Shown here: piece by piece, positions 1 through 9,746 of the stretch
Position numbering within the stretch: position 1 is the first letter of the stretch
Layout: each line of letters begins with the position of its first letter
Source: a virus
Taxonomy: Duplodnaviria > Caudoviricetes
Length of the DNA: 52,520 bases
IMG/VR virus record: IMGVR_UViG_3300031576_000059
Location: 1-52,520 of that record
Reading direction: 5' to 3' (one strand)
The notes under the pieces: model-generated
Database searches by the model: none
The model's input: only the letters and a program-made list of their open reading frames with translations
What the model was told of the DNA's origin: nothing
Made by a program: the position numbers and the translations under genes

Positions 1-127
1 CCCCGCCGATGCGCCCATCGCATCCCGCGATGCCGCGCCAGCATCCCCGCGATCCCCATCGCGCAACCCGCCCACGCGATCCCCGTCCCGCGAGCGCTCG
101 AAACCCCCCAAGGGGTACCCCTCTTTG
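1..127. repeat. Direct terminal repeat (copy 1 of 2), indicating a circular or terminally redundant complete genome
   Basis: Bases 1-127 match 52394-52520; 127 is a common assembler k-mer length. Confidence 0.95.
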
Positions 128-328
128 TATATGAATAAGCACCCCCTCCCATACCACCCCATATATTTCGAGGGCACGAAAGTAAGGCGGAAGTGCTGTG
201 GGGCGGTTCCACTTGTTCCGGTATCAAATCTCCTTTCCTGACGGGATGACGGGTTCTGAATAGTTGTTCCAAAGTATTCCACGTGAGAGATGTATAGTGA
301 AATCTCTGGGAAAAGTATTCAGAACTAT

Positions 329-1768
329 TCAGCCCGTCAGCCGATCAGGCCGAATAGATAGCCCGAGATATTTCTTTCCGTGCTCGCTGTGGGTCCTCTT
401 GAATTTTCTGACCATTCGGTTGCCGAACGATGTCTGGGTAAGGGAGTCTGCGTTGATCCCCTCGGCTTTTGCCTTCCAAGCGATGTAAGTCTTGTAGAGT
501 CTACTGGATAGCTCTGATTTCCCCTCCCCCAGCTCACAACACGATTCGAGGAACTCCGAGAGTGGATCGCTCTCTTCCCGGTACTCCCTGGTTGCGGATG
601 TTACTTCTTCTGGTGGGCACAGTCCCTCGACCTTCCACGCCACCGCGCCAGCCACCATCCAAGCGAGGATCCCAGGAGCCTCGGCGCGGAGCTTCAAGAA
701 CAGATCCCTGTCGGCGCGAGAGCCGAGAAACTCCTGCTCGAACGGCACGAGATGCACGCGCCTCCAGAACCCCTCGGAGTCGTCGCGTACAACAGGGCGA
801 TGATTGAAGGCGAGCCAGAGCTTGAACACGGGGGTGAAGGTGAAGAATTCCTTGAAGTGGAAGCGTGCGGAGATCGTGTCGCCGCCGGTGATCGCTTTCA
901 CGCGAGCCTCGTTGAGGCGAGTGTCCTCTCCTGTCTCGCTCGCGGTGACGAATCGGACGCTCGTGAGAGCCGCGAGATCGTTGGTGGCGCCTTTGCTGTC
1001 GTGAGCTTCGAATGTCGAAAAGGGTGTCGCGGTGGCGAGAGAGCCGAGAATGGAGTGGACAGTTTCGAGGAGCGTCGATTTCCCGTTTGCACCCGTGCCG
1101 TAGCAGGCGAACAAACACTGCTCCGATGTGCTGCCGGTGAGAGAGTACCCAAGGGCGCGTTGCACGAACGAGATGAGCTGTGAGTGTCCGTTGAATATGC
1201 TGTCGATGAACGCGAGCCAACGGGGAGCGGGCGCGAGAGGGTCGAAGGGGATCGGAGAAGCGCGGGAAATGAGATCGGATTGCGCCCCTGAGCGCAAGGA
1301 TCCGTCTCGAAGGTCTACGACCCCGTTCGCCGCGCCGAGGAGAAGAGGATCGCGGTCCCACAACCCGCTCTCGACTCGTATCGCGGGGTCGGTTTCGGAA
1401 AGTTTGAGGAGATCCAGGATGGGTCGAAGGTTCTCGCTGCGCAATGAGAAGGTGACTTCCTTCTGAATCTTCTGCGGGTCGTCGTGTCGGCGCATGGAGC
1501 GCATTCCGCGGAACCTCATAGTGTGCTTCGCAAGCTCCATCGCCTCCGCGGAGGCGCCCGGACGCCACGAATGCTCCCCCCAGACGAGCCAAGTGCCTCG
1601 ATCAGGGTCGAAACGGAGGTGATCGCCGTGTCGTTCGATGAAGAATTCCGAGTTTCCGAGGCCGGAGCAGTTGAAGTCTCTGGAAAAGGAGGAATCTTCG
1701 GGTGGAAGGGGGACTTCGGAGAGCGGTGGAGGGGCGGAGGCGACTGGATCGCGCCGTTTTCGAGGCAT
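329..1768 (-). CDS. P4/D5-family SF3 helicase (D5_N plus ATPase), no N-terminal primase domain
   Basis: Walker A GTGANGKST, ASET/EARVKAITGGDTISARF and FxPxFKLWLAFNHRP...GFWRR motifs; SD AAGGAG before the ATG. Confidence 0.93.
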   Translation of the reverse strand: MPRKRRDPVASAPPPLSEVPLPPEDSSFSRDFNCSGLGNSEFFIERHGDHLRFDPDRGTWLVWGEHSWRPGASAEAMELAKHTMRFRGMRSMRRHDDPQKIQKEVTFSLRSENLRPILDLLKLSETDPAIRVESGLWDRDPLLLGAANGVVDLRDGSLRSGAQSDLISRASPIPFDPLAPAPRWLAFIDSIFNGHSQLISFVQRALGYSLTGSTSEQCLFACYGTGANGKSTLLETVHSILGSLATATPFSTFEAHDSKGATNDLAALTSVRFVTASETGEDTRLNEARVKAITGGDTISARFHFKEFFTFTPVFKLWLAFNHRPVVRDDSEGFWRRVHLVPFEQEFLGSRADRDLFLKLRAEAPGILAWMVAGAVAWKVEGLCPPEEVTSATREYREESDPLSEFLESCCELGEGKSELSSRLYKTYIAWKAKAEGINADSLTQTSFGNRMVRKFKRTHSEHGKKYLGLSIRPDRLTG

Positions 1769-1873
1769 CTGGGTCTCCTTCGGCCAAGGAGAGCGAGACT
1801 GAGGCCGCTGGGCCGATGTGGGAGCAACCCCACAACAGCGGCCTCAGCCTATGACCCTCACTTCAAGAGGGGA

Positions 1874-1902
1874 AGTCTACAGTACCAGGGCTCCATTGTC
1901 AA
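1874..1902 (-). promoter_or_regulatory. Sigma70-type promoter for the helicase gene
   Basis: TTGACA (1902-1897), 17-nt spacer, TAGACT (1879-1874). Confidence 0.75.
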
Positions 1903-1955
1903 CAAAAATCGAGCGGTGATCAAATTTCAGGGTTCACGGCGTCGAGTGTGCTCCT

Positions 1956-2948
1956 TCATGCCCCCTCCCTCACCACCGCCTCTATCATCTTCTCCACCGC
2001 GGCCTTCGAGATGTCGTACCGCTTCACAATGCGCTCCTGCCGGCTCGTGGTGAGCCCGAGGCTCGCAAGGATGGCCTTCGACGCGGCCACGCTCGCTCCA
2101 GCGGCCTCCACAGCCCTCTGCTGCGCCCAGAACTCCAGCGACTCCACCGCACTCAGGCCCGCGACGAGCAACTTCTCCCTCAGCGCCTGCACGCCCTCGG
2201 CGCTCCCCAGCACCCGCCGCAGCTCCGACTCGAACAGCAGGAACGGCGGCGACTGCACGAGCTGCCGAACAAGCTCCTCCTCCACATCGAGGCTCCGGGC
2301 GATCTGCTCGTCGCTGAGCCCCATCGACCTGGCGTGCGCGGTGGTGATCCACAGCCGATAGGTCTGCGCGTCGCACCTCTCCACGATGCTTGCCACTGAC
2401 GAGCCGAGGCGCTTGAGTGCGTCGCGCATCTCCGTGCGGCTCGACGTCCCTCCTCTGGTCTGCCGAATGACATGCCGGAGTTTATTCGGCACCTTTGGCC
2501 CCGCGCTGAGTTTGCGGCGCTTCCGGTGGTACAGCGCCGACCGCCACACCTTTGTCGTCGGCTCGAAGGTCCACCCACGGTCTAGCAGTCCCGCGGAATC
2601 ACACTCCACGCCGCGCAGGTGCTCGGTGCCGCAGTCCTGGCACGGGCTCCCACCACGACCAATGGGGATCCCATGTGGGCCTCCCTGGGTTTCTCTGCTG
2701 CGAGGGCGGTTCTTGCGGAGTGGAACAGGCGACCCGCTCGACGATAGCCGCACTGGAACGAGTGGAGCCGCGGGTGCGGGAGAGGTCGGTGGCTCGCCCT
2801 CGCTGGCGATCACCGTCTCCGACGAGTTGCCCGCGGCGCTGGGAGAGGGAGAAGCCCCAGCCGCCGCGGGCGTGGTGGAGGAAGGGGCCTGGGAGACCGC
2901 TTCCTCGTGGGAGGAGCAAGCAGATGAACCGTCGGGCTCGTTCACCAC
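1956..2948 (-). CDS. Hypothetical protein, possible terminase small subunit (HTH-like GLSDEQIARSLDV plus helical C-terminus); start uncertain
   Basis: Long ORF near terL; the C-terminal half has an HTH followed by amphipathic helices, the N-terminus is low complexity. Confidence 0.45.
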   Translation of the reverse strand: MVNEPDGSSACSSHEEAVSQAPSSTTPAAAGASPSPSAAGNSSETVIASEGEPPTSPAPAAPLVPVRLSSSGSPVPLRKNRPRSRETQGGPHGIPIGRGGSPCQDCGTEHLRGVECDSAGLLDRGWTFEPTTKVWRSALYHRKRRKLSAGPKVPNKLRHVIRQTRGGTSSRTEMRDALKRLGSSVASIVERCDAQTYRLWITTAHARSMGLSDEQIARSLDVEEELVRQLVQSPPFLLFESELRRVLGSAEGVQALREKLLVAGLSAVESLEFWAQQRAVEAAGASVAASKAILASLGLTTSRQERIVKRYDISKAAVEKMIEAVVREGA

Positions 2949-2952
2949 GGGA

Positions 2953-2981
2953 ACGGTACAACGACGCAGGGGAGGAGTCAA
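2953..2981 (-). promoter_or_regulatory. Sigma70-type promoter, leftward
   Basis: TTGACT (2981-2976), 17-nt spacer, TACCGT (2958-2953). Confidence 0.6.
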
Positions 2982-3012
2982 GAGGCGTACTCCGTGCTAC
3001 CATTTCAGAGCT

Positions 3013-3402
3013 ATGAACTCCAGGTCTCGTAGGCGCCGTGGTCGAGGTTTCTGGGCTTCCTACAGCCGCCGTCGCTCCTGGGCGATCCTACTGTGGAGAC
3101 ACCTGATTGTCCTCGCCGGGGATCGGTGTCTCTGCTGTGAGATGCAAGGGATCCCTCTGACCATCGATCACGTCGTGCCTCTGGGTCTCGGAGGGCAGGA
3201 CGACATACGCAACATCCAACCTCTCTGTGGCCCCTGCAACGCGGCGAAGAACGACTCCCCCGGTCTCCGTTGCGCCGACTACCGGACTCCCGAGATCCTT
3301 CGCTTCGAACACCTCTCCTGGTCCGAGCAGGTTCGGTGCATCGTTTCCAATGGGCCTGTCCGCTTCTCCAGTGGCCCCGGCTGGGAATGGACCATCGCCT
3401 GA
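3013..3402 (+). CDS. HNH endonuclease
   Basis: CLCC...TIDHVVPLGLGG.DDIRNIQPLCGPCNAAK; stop overlaps the terL start (TGATG). Confidence 0.9.
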   Translation: MNSRSRRRRGRGFWASYSRRRSWAILLWRHLIVLAGDRCLCCEMQGIPLTIDHVVPLGLGGQDDIRNIQPLCGPCNAAKNDSPGLRCADYRTPEILRFEHLSWSEQVRCIVSNGPVRFSSGPGWEWTIA

Positions 3403-5375
3403 TGCCCTACTCCCCCGAGATCCCCGGCCACCCCCTCCTCCCTCTCGACCCCATCGAATCCCGCACTTTCACCCGCGACCTCCTCTTCGCTGGCATATAC
3501 GGTCTCGCCGAGAACACCTCGAAGGTCTGGCTCGCAACCCGCGCCCGAGCCCGCCGAGACCTCCTCTGGGCCTGTCGCAACGTCCTCAACCTCGACCGGC
3601 TCGACGAGGCGCATCACCGGCCCCCGGCGGACTTCATCATGTCCGTGTGCAAATCACCCCACGGCTTCGGGAACCTCCGCGACCCCCGCGGCAACGGCAA
3701 GACCTCCCTCAGCACTCGTGGCGGCACGGTCTGGGTGCTCATCCAAGACCCCATCGAGTGCATCGAACGCGGCTGGCCGATCCGAGGGCGCGAGAGCCGC
3801 ATCGGCATTACCACCCTCAAGATGGACCTCACCTATGACTTCATGCGCGTCGCCCTCGACGACATGAACAACGAACTCCTCCGCTGGGCCTTCCCTGAAC
3901 TCTTCCCCAGCGCCCCCCGCCGCTGGAGTATCAAGGGGATCGAACTCCGTCGCGGCCTCACCGAGGAGCTGGAGAGCCTCCGCGATCACCCCCTGTTCGC
4001 CACATACCCCTCCCAGACCAAATGGCCCGACCCGACGATCTCCCCCCGCGCCCTCGAATCCGGTGTCGCCGGCCCGCACTCCCACGGCGAATTCATCGAC
4101 GACCCTGTGAACACGAAGACTTGGAACTCCGAGACGAACATCGACAACGCGATCCACGGGATCCGGCAGCTCTTCTCCGTCACCCGCCCGGAGCAGGGGT
4201 TTCGCCTCGTCACCGGCAATCACTGGACCGCCGGAGATGTCGCCGACACCATCGACCGCCAGGACGGCAACTGGCGCGTCTTCATGCGCTCGATGACCGC
4301 GTGCACGCTGTGCCGCGACGGTTGGCCCACGGACAGCTCCGGCATCCCCGAGCGCCGCGCCGACAACCGCTGGGTCCATCAGCACGCCGACGCCGACGGC
4401 ACCCCCCTTCCGACCTTCACCTGGCTTATGAAAGAAGCCGACGGCTCCGTCCCTGATGCCGCCGTGATCTACGCCGGCTGCGCCACCAAGCACATCGCCA
4501 TGAGTCAGTACGAGAACTCCCCCTACGACTCCGAGGCGACGACCTGGGATTCCAAAACCCTCCCGCGCTTCCGCTACTTCGACGTGCCCGGCGCCATCAC
4601 CGACCCGCCGAAACTCGGCTGGCGTCTCGCCTACCCCAGCACCACAACCCCCGGCGACCTCACGACCCGCCTCTCGGACCTGCGGATCGGCATCACCTAC
4701 GACCCGGCGCACGGCGCGGACGAGGGAACGTCTCGACACGCGATAGCCGTGTGGGGCTGGCTCCCCGACGACCGCTTCGCGTGGCTCGAATCCTACACTT
4801 GGCCCAGCGCTGACGCCCTCGACGCCCTCGACACCCTCGTCTGGCTCATCCACCGTCTGCACCCGAACAAAGTGGGCATCGAGTCGGTGGGGTATCAGCG
4901 CGTGATCCGCCCGCTCATCTGGCGCGAACTCGAAGCCCGTCGCACCCCCTGCTGCTTCGTTCGCGTCACCGACCCGAAGCGCCTCGGCTGCACCGTCCAC
5001 CGCCTCGACCCGCTCGTTCGCTCCCCCATCGCCGAAGACGACATCATCCCGATCCCCCGCACCCGCGAACAAGGCCGAAAGTCCGCGTACATCCGAGACG
5101 CCCTTGGCCCGCTCATCAACACCCGCGCCATCCTCCTCCCCGCTTCCCCTGCTCCCGGTGCCGCCGAGTCCTCCCACGCCATCGACGTGTTCCCCGTCAC
5201 GATCACCGACCTCATCGACGCCGCCGCGATGATGCCGCACCTGTTCGAGGGTCGCCCGCCGGCCACGCGGGAGGCCAAGATGGAGCGGCGCCGGACGTTG
5301 AAGTTCCGCCAGCTCCGCCATCGCAAGACCGCCGGGGTGACGGGGTACGGGGACTTCGGGCGGCGCCCGCGATGA
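3402..5375 (+). CDS. terL: Terminase large subunit
   Basis: Walker A PRGNGKTS, Walker B EFIDDPVN, nuclease motifs ITYDPA, VGIESVGYQ, DLIDAAAM; lies upstream of the portal. Confidence 0.88.
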   Translation: MPYSPEIPGHPLLPLDPIESRTFTRDLLFAGIYGLAENTSKVWLATRARARRDLLWACRNVLNLDRLDEAHHRPPADFIMSVCKSPHGFGNLRDPRGNGKTSLSTRGGTVWVLIQDPIECIERGWPIRGRESRIGITTLKMDLTYDFMRVALDDMNNELLRWAFPELFPSAPRRWSIKGIELRRGLTEELESLRDHPLFATYPSQTKWPDPTISPRALESGVAGPHSHGEFIDDPVNTKTWNSETNIDNAIHGIRQLFSVTRPEQGFRLVTGNHWTAGDVADTIDRQDGNWRVFMRSMTACTLCRDGWPTDSSGIPERRADNRWVHQHADADGTPLPTFTWLMKEADGSVPDAAVIYAGCATKHIAMSQYENSPYDSEATTWDSKTLPRFRYFDVPGAITDPPKLGWRLAYPSTTTPGDLTTRLSDLRIGITYDPAHGADEGTSRHAIAVWGWLPDDRFAWLESYTWPSADALDALDTLVWLIHRLHPNKVGIESVGYQRVIRPLIWRELEARRTPCCFVRVTDPKRLGCTVHRLDPLVRSPIAEDDIIPIPRTREQGRKSAYIRDALGPLINTRAILLPASPAPGAAESSHAIDVFPVTITDLIDAAAMMPHLFEGRPPATREAKMERRRTLKFRQLRHRKTAGVTGYGDFGRRPR

Positions 5376-5396
5376 CACCCACCACACGAGTTCCCC

Positions 5397-5425
5397 TTGA
5401 CACCTCGCACGCGCAGGAGTAGCGT
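5397..5425 (+). promoter_or_regulatory. Sigma70-type promoter upstream of the portal operon
   Basis: TTGACA (5397-5402), 17-nt spacer, TAGCGT (5420-5425), intergenic. Confidence 0.65.
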
Positions 5426-5473
5426 TGCGAGGTGGCTGGACTCGGCCGGGGGGCGCGAAAGGACCACAGACCC

Positions 5474-5623
5474 ATGCCCAAGTCGAAACTCTCCCGCCGC
5501 AAGGCCGCGAAGATGCTCCACGAGGGGAAGGCGCAAGGGCACCCCCTTACGAAGGCGCAGAGGGGGTATTTCGGCGTCGTGGCGTCCGGGAAAGCGCGCA
5601 AGCGAAAACGGCGGCACTCATGA
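5474..5623 (+). CDS. Small basic hypothetical protein (49 aa)
   Basis: MPKSKLSRRKAAKMLHEG...GHPLTKAQRGYFG; follows the promoter and is coupled to the next ORF. Confidence 0.65.
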   Translation: MPKSKLSRRKAAKMLHEGKAQGHPLTKAQRGYFGVVASGKARKRKRRHS

Positions 5624-5685
5624 GTCTCCTCCGTACCCTCCTCTTCGCTCGCCGCCTCTATCACTTCCTCAAGGAGACCCCAGAC

Positions 5686-5910
5686 ATGCTCTCCAAACTC
5701 TTCCCCAGCACGAACGGTCCCGGCGTGTCCAAGAAGATCCTCGTCCTCTTCATCACTGGCACCCTCCTCCCCGTCCTCAACCTCCTCGACACCCCGATGT
5801 GGATCGTCCAGGGCATCGGGCAGCTCGGGGCGATCTACCTCGGCGGGCAATCTCTGGCAGACGCCGCTGGGGCGTATGGGAAATCCAAGAATGGCACTGG
5901 CAGCCACTGA
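5686..5910 (+). CDS. Small membrane protein, holin-like (alternative start 5620)
   Basis: SD AAGGAG; SKK followed by two hydrophobic segments and YLGGQSLAD. Confidence 0.55.
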   Translation: MLSKLFPSTNGPGVSKKILVLFITGTLLPVLNLLDTPMWIVQGIGQLGAIYLGGQSLADAAGAYGKSKNGTGSH

Positions 5911-6103
5911 GTCTCGCGCTCGCACAGTCTCTGCGCCCCCCTTGCAGTTCGTCTGGCGCCGCACCGTGATTCGCCACATCGAAGACCCCCCGAACGTCTA
6001 CGCCCTCTACTCCTGCACCGAATGCGGATGCAGCATCGAGGCCCGCGAGGGTGAGATCCTCGCTTCCCTCGACGCGCACTGCAAGCTCTGTGAGCCTCGC
6101 TGA
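5891..6103 (+). CDS. Small Zn-finger-like protein
   Basis: CTEC...HCKLC; fills the gap before the portal. Confidence 0.55.
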   Translation: MALAATESRARTVSAPPLQFVWRRTVIRHIEDPPNVYALYSCTECGCSIEAREGEILASLDAHCKLCEPR

Positions 6104-6104
6104 C

Positions 6105-8141
6105 ATGGCGCCCCGGAAGAAGGCATCGAGCGCGCTCGCCGTGAGCCCCGCCCCCGAGGCCCCCTACCTCCTCAAGCTCACCCCCGCTCAACTCACCCGC
6201 CTCGAATCCCAGATCACCATCGCCTACGAGCACCACATGCGGGTGCTTCGTCCCTACCACACCAAGATCAAGCTCTGGCGCGACCTCTACGACGGCGGCG
6301 ACGCGGTGCGCCCGACCCCTGAATCCCGTCCCTGGTCCGACGCCTCGGCGATCTTCTTCCCCCTCCCGCGGATGGTCGCCGACACCGCCTCCGCCCGCAT
6401 CACCCAGACCCTCACCCAGCAGCGCGACTTCCTTGCCGTCGAGGCCACGATCCAATCCTCCGACTACTCCCGTCTCTCCGGCGGCGGCGACTTGCTTGAG
6501 GACATCAACGCCTTCCGCCGTGGCGCGAACGAGATCCTCTGGGACGAACGCCAAATCGACATCCGCACCGTCGCCGACCAGCTCGCCTCCGAGTCGAGTC
6601 AGATCGGCACCTGTATCTCTCGCACCGCTCACAGCTTCCGTCGCGCCCCCCGCAAGCTCCAGATCGACGGTCAGGGATCGGTGTTCACCGCGGAGAACCT
6701 CACCCTCTCCGACCGCGTGGAGATCCGCGTGATCCCGATGGAAGCCTGCGTCTGGGACACCACCGCTCGCATCTCGAACGACATCTCCTTCTTCACCTAC
6801 CCCTTCGAACTCAGCTACCCCCTACTCAAGAACGACCCGACCTTCAACGAGGCCACCGTCGCCGACATCCTGATCCACCCTGACAGCACCCCCACCGACT
6901 CCACCTCTGATCGGATGCGCCGTGCCCATCTCGACCCCTCCACAGGTCCGATAGAGGAGGTACAAGACTCCAAGGGCGTCCCGCACCCCGTACCCTTCGG
7001 CTCCCGCTACACCCTCCACGAGGTCTATCTCCGCAACATCGACGTGAACGACGACGGAACACTCGAAGACGTGATCGTCACGTGGCACCGCGCCTCCCAC
7101 AAAATCGCCCGCGTGATCCTCTTCCACTACATCCACAACGAATCCCCCATCGACTTCCTCTGGTATCAGCAGCGCCACAACCACCCCATCGGCCAAGGCG
7201 TCATCGAACCCGGCGAGACCCTCGCCGCTGGCGTCAACACCATCGCCAACCAGACCATCGACGCTCAAACCATCCGCAACACCCCGACGATCATCACCGA
7301 CGAGAACTCCGAGGCGGCGGACGACCTGGAAGCCGACGGCTGGCACCCCGGACAGATCCTCCGCAAGCGCACGGGGCAGGAGATCAAAACCCTCGAATTC
7401 GGCCAGTCCAGCGCCGTGCTCTCCCTCTCGATCTTCGACCGCTTCGTGGACATCTACTTCCGCATCAACCACCTCGGCCCGGCGCAATTCGGCGACGTGC
7501 GCTCAGCCCAGCGCGCCCCCGCGGACCTCGGGCAATCGATCATGCTCGAAGGCTTCGCGCTCCTGGATAAAGTGATCTCCCGCTTCCGCTCCACCCTCAC
7601 CAGCGTCTGCTCGAAGGCGCTCGCAATCACTTGGCAAACGAACCCCGCTGCGTGGGCTCGCGCTGTCGGACCCGAGGATTTCGCCAAGATCAAGCGCCTC
7701 ATCGGTACCCTTGGCTGGAACGGTCTCTCGCTCGACCTCAACATCTCCTCCGCCGCGCACTCCCGCGAACTCGACCGCCAGAACACCGGCGCGGCCTTCC
7801 AGTCTCTCGGTCAGTACCAGCGTGCGATCCTGGAGGTCATCGGCCTCGCGTTCGGCACCGTGGACCCCAAAACCGGCGAACCGCTCCCCCAGAACCAGCT
7901 CCTCCAATCCACCGCCGCGAAGTTCATCCGATCTACTCAGATCGCCATGCGGCAATTCTTGGACAAGTTCCCGAACATCACCGACCCCGAGGAACTCACC
8001 CCCGACGTGGCGAGCGACGTGGAGGCCGCGGCAGCCGCAGTGACCAGCGGCGGCTCTCCCATTGCCGGTCAAGCCGTGTCTCCGCTTGCGCCGGTGTTCG
8101 CTGGTCCGGGCGCCGGGGCGATTCGGCAGGGAGCCATGTGA
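6105..8141 (+). CDS. Portal protein
   Basis: 678 aa after terL; P22/podovirus portal-like features (GQGVIEP...VNTIANQTIDAQTIRNTP, PGQIL). Confidence 0.8.
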   Translation: MAPRKKASSALAVSPAPEAPYLLKLTPAQLTRLESQITIAYEHHMRVLRPYHTKIKLWRDLYDGGDAVRPTPESRPWSDASAIFFPLPRMVADTASARITQTLTQQRDFLAVEATIQSSDYSRLSGGGDLLEDINAFRRGANEILWDERQIDIRTVADQLASESSQIGTCISRTAHSFRRAPRKLQIDGQGSVFTAENLTLSDRVEIRVIPMEACVWDTTARISNDISFFTYPFELSYPLLKNDPTFNEATVADILIHPDSTPTDSTSDRMRRAHLDPSTGPIEEVQDSKGVPHPVPFGSRYTLHEVYLRNIDVNDDGTLEDVIVTWHRASHKIARVILFHYIHNESPIDFLWYQQRHNHPIGQGVIEPGETLAAGVNTIANQTIDAQTIRNTPTIITDENSEAADDLEADGWHPGQILRKRTGQEIKTLEFGQSSAVLSLSIFDRFVDIYFRINHLGPAQFGDVRSAQRAPADLGQSIMLEGFALLDKVISRFRSTLTSVCSKALAITWQTNPAAWARAVGPEDFAKIKRLIGTLGWNGLSLDLNISSAAHSRELDRQNTGAAFQSLGQYQRAILEVIGLAFGTVDPKTGEPLPQNQLLQSTAAKFIRSTQIAMRQFLDKFPNITDPEELTPDVASDVEAAAAAVTSGGSPIAGQAVSPLAPVFAGPGAGAIRQGAM

Positions 8142-8362
8142 TGCAGGTATTTCACGATATCGTCTCCAGCCCAGGCCTAGTGGAGGTCTACGTCAGGAAA
8201 ACCGAAACCGGAGAGGATCTCCTGCACCTCATGATCTTTCCGAGAGGAGAACTCCTGGAGATCCTCCTCGTGGACAAGAAAGACTTCGTTCCGGTGGTGA
8301 ATGTCCGGTACGATTCTAAGGCTGCCGTCGATGCCGCGGCGCCTCAGCAGGGAGCGCTCTGA
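8141..8362 (+). CDS. Hypothetical protein (probable insertion)
   Basis: TGATG coupling to the portal; codon usage differs from neighbours. Confidence 0.6.
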   Translation: MQVFHDIVSSPGLVEVYVRKTETGEDLLHLMIFPRGELLEILLVDKKDFVPVVNVRYDSKAAVDAAAPQQGAL

Positions 8363-8363
8363 C

Positions 8364-8612
8364 ATGTCCCTCCGAGTCCAGGTCCAATGCAAGCGCTGCG
8401 GCACCCGCACCGAACTCCCCCCCGGCAGCGCTCCGGCACCTCTCTGCGGCACGTGCGCCAAGCACTCCGGCGCTCCACACCCCGACACTCTTCTAGCGAA
8501 TCGCGCCTACCGTGCCATGAAGCGCCTGCACGGCATCGATCCCGAAACCGGCGCCCGTAAGCTCTCCCCGTTCCAGCGCGGCGCGTTCGCGTTCGTGAGG
8601 CGGCAGCGATGA
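8364..8612 (+). CDS. Zn-ribbon protein
   Basis: CKRC...CGTC; SD GGGAG. Confidence 0.6.
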   Translation: MSLRVQVQCKRCGTRTELPPGSAPAPLCGTCAKHSGAPHPDTLLANRAYRAMKRLHGIDPETGARKLSPFQRGAFAFVRRQR

Positions 8613-8851
8613 GCGCCCCAAGCCCCTTCGAGATTCTCTACACCTCCACAGCGTTTCAGGATCTCCTCCGCGACTTCAACCGGGAGCGCGACGCCACCCT
8701 CGCCGAGCACGTCGCTGCGGTCCAATCCGCTCGCTCCCTCGACGCCGCCACAGCCTCCATCTTCGCTGCCGGCGCCGTCTCCGGCATCGACCGAATCTTC
8801 TCCATCATCAACCGCCGGCTCAAGAAGTCGGCGAGACCCGTGGAGTCCTGA
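8609..8851 (+). CDS. Hypothetical protein
   Basis: ATGA coupling; helical 80 aa, typical of post-portal ORFs. Confidence 0.65.
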   Translation: MSAPSPFEILYTSTAFQDLLRDFNRERDATLAEHVAAVQSARSLDAATASIFAAGAVSGIDRIFSIINRRLKKSARPVES

Positions 8852-8852
8852 C

Positions 8853-9731
8853 ATGCCCGAAAAACCCCCCGACGCCAAAGCCACCGTAGACCGCCTCCTA
8901 GAGGGCCTCTCCAAGCTCGACGAGACGATCCGAGCCCGCGCACAAGACCCGCCTCGTAACACTCCTCCGCTTGTCGATCCCAACGCTCCACCTCCTCCCA
9001 TTGTCCCCACCGCCGTCGCCGACAAGTTCGACGAACTTATCAACGCCGGCAAGGGCCGCGAGGCCATCGAGTTCTTCGCTCGCCACATGCAGGACACCAC
9101 CGTCGCCCCGGCGCACGGCCAGATGAAAGCCCTCGCCCGCGCTGCCGCGAACGCGAACCTCTCCCAGCTCCGCTCGAAGTACGGCGAGAAGTTCACGAAG
9201 CGCGAACTGCTCTTCCGCGAGCAGCAGCGCGTCGCCAGCGTCCCCGACGAGTGGCTCATGGACATGGACACCTGTGAGCGCCTGTTCGCCCTCACCATCG
9301 GCGCCGATAGAGATGCCTACGTGAAGGAGGAATCGGAATCCCTAATCGTCGCCGCCGTGACCGAGCGCGAGGCCCAACTTCGCGCCGAATCCCTCCCGCT
9401 CCTCGCCCCGATCTCCGCGATCACCCACGCCTTCCCCGAGACCGAGCGCGAGCGCGTCACCAACGTCCTCAAGCACGCCGGGTTCGAAGACGACGAGGTG
9501 ATCCGCTACCTCCGTTCCCGCATCGAGGACTACAACTCCCGCGGCGCCAACATCACTTGGCCCGCGATCATCCGGCAGATCGAGAAGCAATCCTCCCCGC
9601 GGCACACCGTGACGCACGGCGTGGGGCCGTTTAGGAAGCGCACATGGACCATGACTGGTGAACACCCGGAGGATGAACGCGCCGAAGCCGAAAGGCGTGC
9701 AGCCGCCACTCGGGCTGCCGCAGGAGCCTGA
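8853..9731 (+). CDS. Putative scaffolding protein
   Basis: Helical, charged protein between portal and capsid (positional inference). Confidence 0.5.
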   Translation: MPEKPPDAKATVDRLLEGLSKLDETIRARAQDPPRNTPPLVDPNAPPPPIVPTAVADKFDELINAGKGREAIEFFARHMQDTTVAPAHGQMKALARAAANANLSQLRSKYGEKFTKRELLFREQQRVASVPDEWLMDMDTCERLFALTIGADRDAYVKEESESLIVAAVTEREAQLRAESLPLLAPISAITHAFPETERERVTNVLKHAGFEDDEVIRYLRSRIEDYNSRGANITWPAIIRQIEKQSSPRHTVTHGVGPFRKRTWTMTGEHPEDERAEAERRAAATRAAAGA

Positions 9732-9746
9732 ACTCGTAATGCACAC

